Assembly (NCBI GenBank): GCA_016199665.1 | Contig: JACQGG010000040.1 | Coordinates: forward strand, 1 to 40,784 | Length of the DNA: 40,784 bases | DNA from: Acidobacteriota bacterium | Lineage (GTDB): Bacteria; Acidobacteriota; UBA6911; JACQSX01 | Reading direction: 5' to 3' | Shown: positions 36,009 to 40,784 of the stretch, piece after piece | Layout: each line of letters begins with the position of its first letter | Position numbering within the stretch: the first letter of the stretch is position 1 | Notes under the pieces: generated by a model | Database searches by the model: none | What the model saw: only the letters and a program-made list of their open reading frames with translations | What the model was told of the DNA's origin: nothing | Made by a program: the position numbers and the translations under genes

Positions 36009-36097
36009 AGGTTTCGGCGGTGCTCCGTCGAGGGCGACCGCTTCAGACAATCGACAAAGATCTGGTTAGACAGGGATGGGGAAGCGGGGGCGGCGCG

Positions 36098-36589
36098 TTA
36101 CTGCGCCCGGCTCCCCCGAATGCTATTCTGATAATACTTCCTGGCCATCTCGGTCGCCTCTGCCGCCTCGCGAATCTGGCCATTGTCGCGATAAAGCTGC
36201 GACTTAAGCAAATAGAGGGAAGCCCGGGACTTATCCTCCTGAAGGTATCTGAGTCCCAGATCCACTACTGCCGACGCCATGGAAAACTGCCGCTTCTCGC
36301 GCAGCTTCTGCACGATACTTTGAACTTCCTGCACCTGGTAGATTTCGTATTCTTGTGGAAGAGCCAGATCAAAGATTGTCTTCAGCTCCGGAATAATTTC
36401 GGAAAAATTCTGCTCCTCGATCGACAAGGCGATGGCCTCGTGCTGAATGGCGGCAGCCTGAAGTTTCCCAAGCACCTGCTCTGACGTTCCCGCCGGGCTG
36501 CGCGCTTCGCGTTGTGACTGGGCCACAGACGCCGTCGACAGCGGCAGGAGAACTACTAAAGCCAAATAAACCCTGGATATCGAACGCAT
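36098..36589 (-). CDS. Hypothetical secreted protein (last gene of the ECF sigma / anti-sigma operon)
   Basis: ATG 36589 is preceded by GGAG 7 nt upstream (ATG 36601 is the alternative). Signal peptide MRSISRVYLALVVLLPLSTASVAQS. Helical, TPR-like C-terminus (..LLKSQLYRDNGQIREAAEATEMARKYY..). Confidence 0.6.
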   Translation of the reverse strand: MRSISRVYLALVVLLPLSTASVAQSQREARSPAGTSEQVLGKLQAAAIQHEAIALSIEEQNFSEIIPELKTIFDLALPQEYEIYQVQEVQSIVQKLREKRQFSMASAVVDLGLRYLQEDKSRASLYLLKSQLYRDNGQIREAAEATEMARKYYQNSIRGSRAQ

Positions 36590-36611
36590 GATGTTCTCCA
36601 TTATGCCATAA

Positions 36612-37100
36612 TCATGGCTCCCGCTGGAACCTGAATGGATTCACATTGCGGGGCATCATAGCTTCCAAGAATGGATTGATCCCGCTGGCCCCGCGGGCCT
36701 GGGCAATCAGAAACGGGTTACCACCGTCTGTAGACTGCAAGCCCGCATACTCCGCTAGAGCCAAGTCCGGGTTAAGGGGAATCTCACTCTGAAATGACAC
36801 GATAAGAACCGAAAGCAACACCAGTGCTGCCGCAGCCAACCACGTGGAAGCAGGCAAAGCGAATCCCCACCGTCTTGCGCCAGGAGGCTTTTCCCGCGCC
36901 AAACGGCTCTCAATGCGGGTCCACAAAAACGGGTTCGGCTCTAGCACCGGGGCCGTCCCAAACAACAGATCGACCTCCTCGGATTCTGCCAGCAGGGCCG
37001 AACACGGCGCGCACTGCGCCAGATGCGCCGTGAGTTCCGGCGAAAGCCTGGAATGATCGGCCAGATTAAGAATTTCTTCCTCTGCGTCTTGGCATTTCAT
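36612..37100 (-). CDS. Anti-sigma factor (zf-HC2 type, single TM)
   Basis: MKCQDAEEEILNLADH..LTAHLAQCAPCSALL (H-x3-C-x2-C), TM ..STWLAAAALVLLSVLIVSF... Located immediately downstream of the ECF sigma gene, overlapping it by 35 nt. Confidence 0.8.
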   Translation of the reverse strand: MKCQDAEEEILNLADHSRLSPELTAHLAQCAPCSALLAESEEVDLLFGTAPVLEPNPFLWTRIESRLAREKPPGARRWGFALPASTWLAAAALVLLSVLIVSFQSEIPLNPDLALAEYAGLQSTDGGNPFLIAQARGASGINPFLEAMMPRNVNPFRFQREP

Positions 37101-37692
37101 CGGTTTCCCTGTCCAAGTACTTCCGGATGATATCCTTCGCAATCAACCGTGCCCGATAGATGTCCGTTTTCACCGAGAGCAGCGAACGACCCACGATCTG
37201 AGTCACTTCTTCGTAGCTGAACTTTTGAATCACCGCCAGCACAAAAACATCTCGCAGCTTCAGCGGCATCGCGTCCAAGGCGAGCCGGATATGCCGCTCT
37301 AACTCCCGATTGAGGAGGCTCTCCTCTGGATTGACATCTCTACTCTGATCCGGCAGGAAGTTGCGGTAGCCAATCTCTTCGTCATCCAGTGAAACCTCGG
37401 TCTTGCGCCGCAGGCGCCGGATCCGCTGGTAAACCTCGTTCCTTGCAATCCTGTAAAGCCAAAACTTGAACTGCCCCGGTTCCCTGAGCTTTGCGACTTC
37501 GCTAAACGCCTTGAAAAACGTCTCTTGTGTCAGGTCCTCAGCGTCCTCAACCGTTCCAATCAGCCGAAAAATGAAATTATGGACCGGCTTTGCATAAAGA
37601 CCATAAAGGGTGTGGCAGCTTTCACTATCCCCCTTTTGGGCCTGTCCCACAAGTCTTACCAGGTCCGCTCTCTCCGGCTCCTTCTCGAACAT
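37066..37692 (-). CDS. ECF-type RNA polymerase sigma factor
   Basis: ATG 37692 is preceded by AAGGAG. Region 2 ..AEDLTQETFFKAFSEVAKLREPGQFKFWLYRIARNEVYQRIRR..; region 4 ..LRDVFVLAVIQKFSYEEVTQIVGRSLLSVKTDIYRAR... The 69 upstream codons of the track ORF look non-coding. Confidence 0.88.
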   Translation of the reverse strand: MFEKEPERADLVRLVGQAQKGDSESCHTLYGLYAKPVHNFIFRLIGTVEDAEDLTQETFFKAFSEVAKLREPGQFKFWLYRIARNEVYQRIRRLRRKTEVSLDDEEIGYRNFLPDQSRDVNPEESLLNRELERHIRLALDAMPLKLRDVFVLAVIQKFSYEEVTQIVGRSLLSVKTDIYRARLIAKDIIRKYLDRETDEMPRRRGRNS

Positions 37693-37939
37693 GGACTCCT
37701 TGTAGAATACGCGAAAGTCCCCACCGACGGCAATTACCGGAAAGCAATGAAAAAAGATGCCCGAAGTGGCCAAAAGTTGCAGTGGTTGCTGCGGCTTGAA
37801 GGCCTCAGCCGGCGGCCACGTAGGGTCCATCCCTGGTGGAAAAGGCACCTCGACACGGAAAAGCGCTTTACTGGCACAGCTTAAGTAGGCTATAAACATC
37901 CGGGGAGAAGCGTACCCGGAAGGTTGTGTTTTGTCGGCT

Positions 37940-39469
37940 ATGCGTCGCTTAAGAACCTCGCGGTTTGGAGTCTGGTTTGTTCTGGCCTCGCTTGTTGGGG
38001 TTGCGGCGGCGGTCCGTCTGAATTGGAAAGACGCGAAACCTGCAGGGCACCCGAGGCTGGGACGGACAGCGAACTTTTTTTCCGCGCCCGTTTACGGCTT
38101 TGAACGGCGGATCTCGACAACGATTTCGCGCTCATCAAGGATTTACCTGGAGGGCAGCCTTGGAAGCAGTGTGGGAGGAGCCCGGTCTGTTTCGCCTGCA
38201 GCGGCATCTTCGGCCCGCCGGAACAGGGTCCGGGCGCCGCTTGACTCCTCTCAAGCGGGGATAGTGCTTCAGATTCCCAGAATTGATTTCCGCACACTGT
38301 CGCCGGATAGGATCCAGACGGACTCCCTTGGCTCTCATTTCGCGCGGGGCCTCGCCGTGAGCCAGCACGCAGAGATACCAAGCTGGCTTTCGCGTTTGCC
38401 GTGGTCCGATCTCAATCCGGCTGTCTTTGTCAGGGAGGAAAAGCAGCCTTCAGGGGAGGCGGAATCCAACCCATTCCTGGCGGCGATCCGCGAGAATTTT
38501 GGGGACCCCTTGGGTCAAGATTCCAATTTGACCCCGGCTCCGACCCCGCCGCCGGCGCCGTCACAGACAGAGGTTGTCCCCGAGAGCGCCACCACCCCGC
38601 CGGCTAGCGGCGGCCTGGAAGTGGCGCAAACGCTTCCTCCCAAACTCGAGAACGCTCCTCCCAGTTACAGCAGCGCCTTTGTCGTAATCGGCGACTTCGG
38701 CGGTCGCAAGCTGCAGATGGCTCGAGCCGCCAAGTCAAGCGAGTCTTCGTTCGTCGTGGAAGGGAGCGCGAGCGTCGTGCGCTTTGAGTCAGGGCTGGAT
38801 TTCGGGCCGCTCCAATCGCTCTGGCTGGGAGGCGCCGCTGTCCAGCCTTTTCCAGACATGGTCGTGGTGGACGCATCGTTGAACCTTGTAGACTGGTACT
38901 CGGGCGTAGAGCGCGGCCAGTTTGTTTTCCAAAACGGTTTCTATTTTTCGCCCGGAGTTCCGGCGGGGGCTGCCACGGCGGACATCAACGGGGACCGGGT
39001 AACCGACCTTCTGATAGGAGGGCCGCTGCGCAGCTCTGAATCCGATGACCTGGGGCTGGTGTATCTTTACTTCCAGCAGAACCGGAATTTCGTCCTACAG
39101 CGCCGCATTCTGGTTGGTTTCCCGATCGGGGCGCTCCATGTGACGCGCTCCGGCGGTCAGACACGGGTTCTCGCGGTGGATTCCAGTCTGACCCGGGGAG
39201 AGTTGATCACGCTGGATGCTGCAGGCTTCCCGCAGGGGCAGCCCGTCAGCGTCTCCGCGGTCGAGCGTCAGGACGCCAGGCTGACGTTTTCCTCCGGTGC
39301 CTCCGTCCTGGTGCGCCTGGCTCATTTTGCGGATGCTGCATTTCTGGGAAGCTATGGCCCGGATGGATTTCACTTGATCGGAGCCGTGGAAAGCAGAGGG
39401 GCCGTACCCTTTATCGCAATCGGGGATGTGAGACAGGATGGCCAGCAACGCTGCTGGGTCCATTTTTGA
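37940..39469 (+). CDS. Membrane-anchored hypothetical protein with Pro-rich linker and C-terminal FG-GAP/VCBS-like region
   Basis: ATG 37940 (the track start 37931 is TTG). N-terminal anchor RFGVWFVLASLVGVAAAV; linker ..LTPAPTPPPAPSQTEVVPESATTPPASGG..; ..AATADINGDRVTDLLIGGP.. resembles an FG-GAP calcium-binding loop. Divergent from the ECF sigma operon. Confidence 0.6.
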   Translation: MRRLRTSRFGVWFVLASLVGVAAAVRLNWKDAKPAGHPRLGRTANFFSAPVYGFERRISTTISRSSRIYLEGSLGSSVGGARSVSPAAASSARRNRVRAPLDSSQAGIVLQIPRIDFRTLSPDRIQTDSLGSHFARGLAVSQHAEIPSWLSRLPWSDLNPAVFVREEKQPSGEAESNPFLAAIRENFGDPLGQDSNLTPAPTPPPAPSQTEVVPESATTPPASGGLEVAQTLPPKLENAPPSYSSAFVVIGDFGGRKLQMARAAKSSESSFVVEGSASVVRFESGLDFGPLQSLWLGGAAVQPFPDMVVVDASLNLVDWYSGVERGQFVFQNGFYFSPGVPAGAATADINGDRVTDLLIGGPLRSSESDDLGLVYLYFQQNRNFVLQRRILVGFPIGALHVTRSGGQTRVLAVDSSLTRGELITLDAAGFPQGQPVSVSAVERQDARLTFSSGASVLVRLAHFADAAFLGSYGPDGFHLIGAVESRGAVPFIAIGDVRQDGQQRCWVHF

Positions 39470-39534
39470 GCGACTTTTTCTGTCGGCGGGCATCTTTTCC
39501 TTAATTGGCGTAATTGGCGCGCTCAATTTTCGCC

Positions 39535-39564
39535 TTGACAGACGGATTTTGTTATAACTATCAT
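39535..39564 (+). promoter_or_regulatory. Sigma-70-like promoter candidate TTGACA - 18 nt - TATCAT
   Basis: Consensus -35 at 39535-39540 and -10 TATCAT (5 of 6) at 39559-39564. It is preceded by a perfect tandem 9-mer TAATTGGCG x2 (39502-39519). About 140 nt upstream of ATG 39710. Confidence 0.45.
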
Positions 39565-39709
39565 ACTCGGGCTTTCATAACCTATTGAAAAAGCGAAAGT
39601 AAAGAGTGACAGAGACGTTCGAAGTGAAGGAGGTGATTACACTCCACCGAAAGTTCCGTTTCCGCGTGAGTTCGATTTCTTGCCAATATTTCAAAGGAGT
39701 CAAAACGAT

Positions 39710-40282
39710 ATGAAAAATTTCAAGGTGGTGGCTTTTGTTGTGGGGCTCGTATTTGTCGTGATGATGGCTAATGCTGCCGCCCAGAATCTGGGTGAAGTGG
39801 TTTTTCAGCAGACCATAAACACGGCAGAGAAAAAGTCGTTGCTGTATCACTTCGTTGCGAAGGTGGGCAACGGTTTCGACACTGCGCTGAGCCTTTCCAA
39901 TGTCCGCACCAATCCGATTACAACCGCTCCGACGCCGGGCTCGTTTACCATTTACGCGGTGAGCAACACCCCATCCAGTGGCGGCACCGTGACGGTCGGG
40001 ACAGCGGATCAGCTGACCAATGCGCGCTACAACACGATAACGGTTGGCGGGAAGCGCGGTCTGGTTGAGACAGCCTCCTTCTTCCTCAGTGAATTCCTGA
40101 CGGATCGAGGGTTCACTTCTGCCAACTTTGTCGGCTACATGATTATCAACCACGCCTTCCCAGTCGGGACCGGAGTGGCCAATGCCATTGATTTCGCGAG
40201 CGGGGTTGGCTTTAACATCAGCTATGCCGCCGCACAGTATGACAGAACGGCTACTACGCCGACTACCAACACAAAGGAGTAG
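39710..40282 (+). CDS. Small secreted protein (190 aa), single copy of the module found four times in the 879-aa protein
   Basis: AAGGAG lies 10 nt upstream of ATG 39710. Signal peptide MKNFKVVAFVVGLVFVVMMANAAAQ. ..YHFVAKVGNGFDTALSLSN.. compares with ..YFAHLSQGVDFSTQVSLVN.. in the 879-aa protein. A strong intrinsic terminator follows. Confidence 0.75.
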   Translation: MKNFKVVAFVVGLVFVVMMANAAAQNLGEVVFQQTINTAEKKSLLYHFVAKVGNGFDTALSLSNVRTNPITTAPTPGSFTIYAVSNTPSSGGTVTVGTADQLTNARYNTITVGGKRGLVETASFFLSEFLTDRGFTSANFVGYMIINHAFPVGTGVANAIDFASGVGFNISYAAAQYDRTATTPTTNTKE

Positions 40283-40318
40283 CAACGGGCTCTGCGGTTT
40301 TTCCTTGAGTCGAGAAAA

Positions 40319-40346
40319 GGGGGTGCGGTCGCGCCCCCTTTTTTTG
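40319..40346 (+). terminator. Rho-independent terminator
   Basis: GGGGGTGC-ggtc-GCGCCCCC (8-bp stem including one G-T pair, 4-nt loop), followed by TTTTTTT (40339-40345) and preceded by AAAA. Starts 37 nt after the stop codon. Confidence 0.8.
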
Positions 40347-40349
40347 TTT

Positions 40350-40784
40350 ATGAGGCGATTGGTTGTCTGCTGCATTTTTTTTGCGCTCTCTATATGGCAC
40401 TTCGGGAGAGCTGCAGGCAGCGACGAGGCGGCGCTCACATCCCGCGCGTCTCAGTTTTACCAGCTTCAGATCGCCGGCAAGCGTTCTCAGGCGGCGCAAC
40501 TGGTAGAGCCAAAAACACGCGATCTGTTTCTTAACGGCAGAGCGCTCCCCTACGTATCCGCTCGAGTCAATCGCGTACAAATCCTGGGACCGGCGGACGC
40601 AGAAGTGGAGATGACTGTAGACCTGATGCTGCCCCTGTTCCCTGGTCCGGTTTCCCGGACATTTCCGACACCTTGGAAAAAGACCGGCGGAAAATGGTAC
40701 TTTGTCGTCGATACCTCCGCAGTTCAGTTCGCTCTGTCGCAGGGAAAGGGCGCGCCTCCCGATGTCAGGCCCGCGCTCACAACC
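40350..40784 (+). CDS. Hypothetical secreted protein, N-terminal 145 codons (continues past the right window edge)
   Basis: Absent from the ORF track (no stop in the window). ATG 40350 opens MRRLVVCCIFFALSIWHFGRAAGSDEAALTSRASQFYQLQIAGKRSQAAQLVEPKTRDLF...KWYFVVDTS..., in frame to nt 40784. Signal-peptide-like N-terminus. Confidence 0.5.
   Translation, partial: MRRLVVCCIFFALSIWHFGRAAGSDEAALTSRASQFYQLQIAGKRSQAAQLVEPKTRDLFLNGRALPYVSARVNRVQILGPADAEVEMTVDLMLPLFPGPVSRTFPTPWKKTGGKWYFVVDTSAVQFALSQGKGAPPDVRPALTT

Noticed and set aside
39575-40438. 287-aa minus-strand ORF
   Set aside because: It is antisense to the 190-aa secreted-protein gene, which has an SD, a signal peptide and a terminator. It reads straight through that terminator hairpin, and its composition is not protein-like.

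Overview
This is a 40.8-kb chromosomal window from a high-GC Gram-negative bacterium. The protein signatures (NHL and YVTN-type beta-propellers, a TPR-fused GT-C glycosyltransferase, a cysteine-free type IV pilin, dense sigma-54 and ECF regulation) fit an Acidobacteriota-like lineage, but that is inference only. I saw no rRNA, tRNA, CRISPR array or transposase. Left third (minus strand): a translationally coupled mnmA-lpxB-M1-peptidase-like operon; an orphan ECF sigma factor with a downstream acidic protein; a sensor kinase / NtrC-type regulator pair; and a GNAT gene followed by an internally deleted o-succinylbenzoate synthase / N-acylamino-acid racemase pseudogene. Centre: a small heptad-repeat protein, a UbiA-family prenyltransferase, then a type IV pilus locus. 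That locus holds pilB-pilT-pilC-pilS, a convergent pilR, a divergent pilA with a good sigma-54 promoter, and a minor-pilin operon (GspH/FimT-, PilV-, PilW-like). The minor pilins are followed by two very large secreted beta-propeller proteins, and a PilX-like gene lies divergent to them. Right third: a TMTC-like GT-C/TPR glycosyltransferase, a thymidylate-kinase-like P-loop protein, hypothetical secreted proteins, a GAF-like protein coupled to a class I aminotransferase, an ECF sigma / anti-sigma / secreted-protein operon, a membrane-anchored FG-GAP-like protein, and a small stand-alone secreted protein. I did not recognise a clear novel multi-gene system such as a defence island. The items most worth follow-up are: (1) the pseudo-M1 peptidase; (2) the deleted OSBS/NSAR gene; (3) the propeller proteins sitting where PilY1 normally is; (4) an unnamed ~100-aa module present four times in one of them and once in the stand-alone gene; (5) a 21-bp tandem-repeat gene; (6) an array of CTGTNAAA half-sites. 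All calls come from reading the translated ORFs and the sequence by eye; no searches were run.
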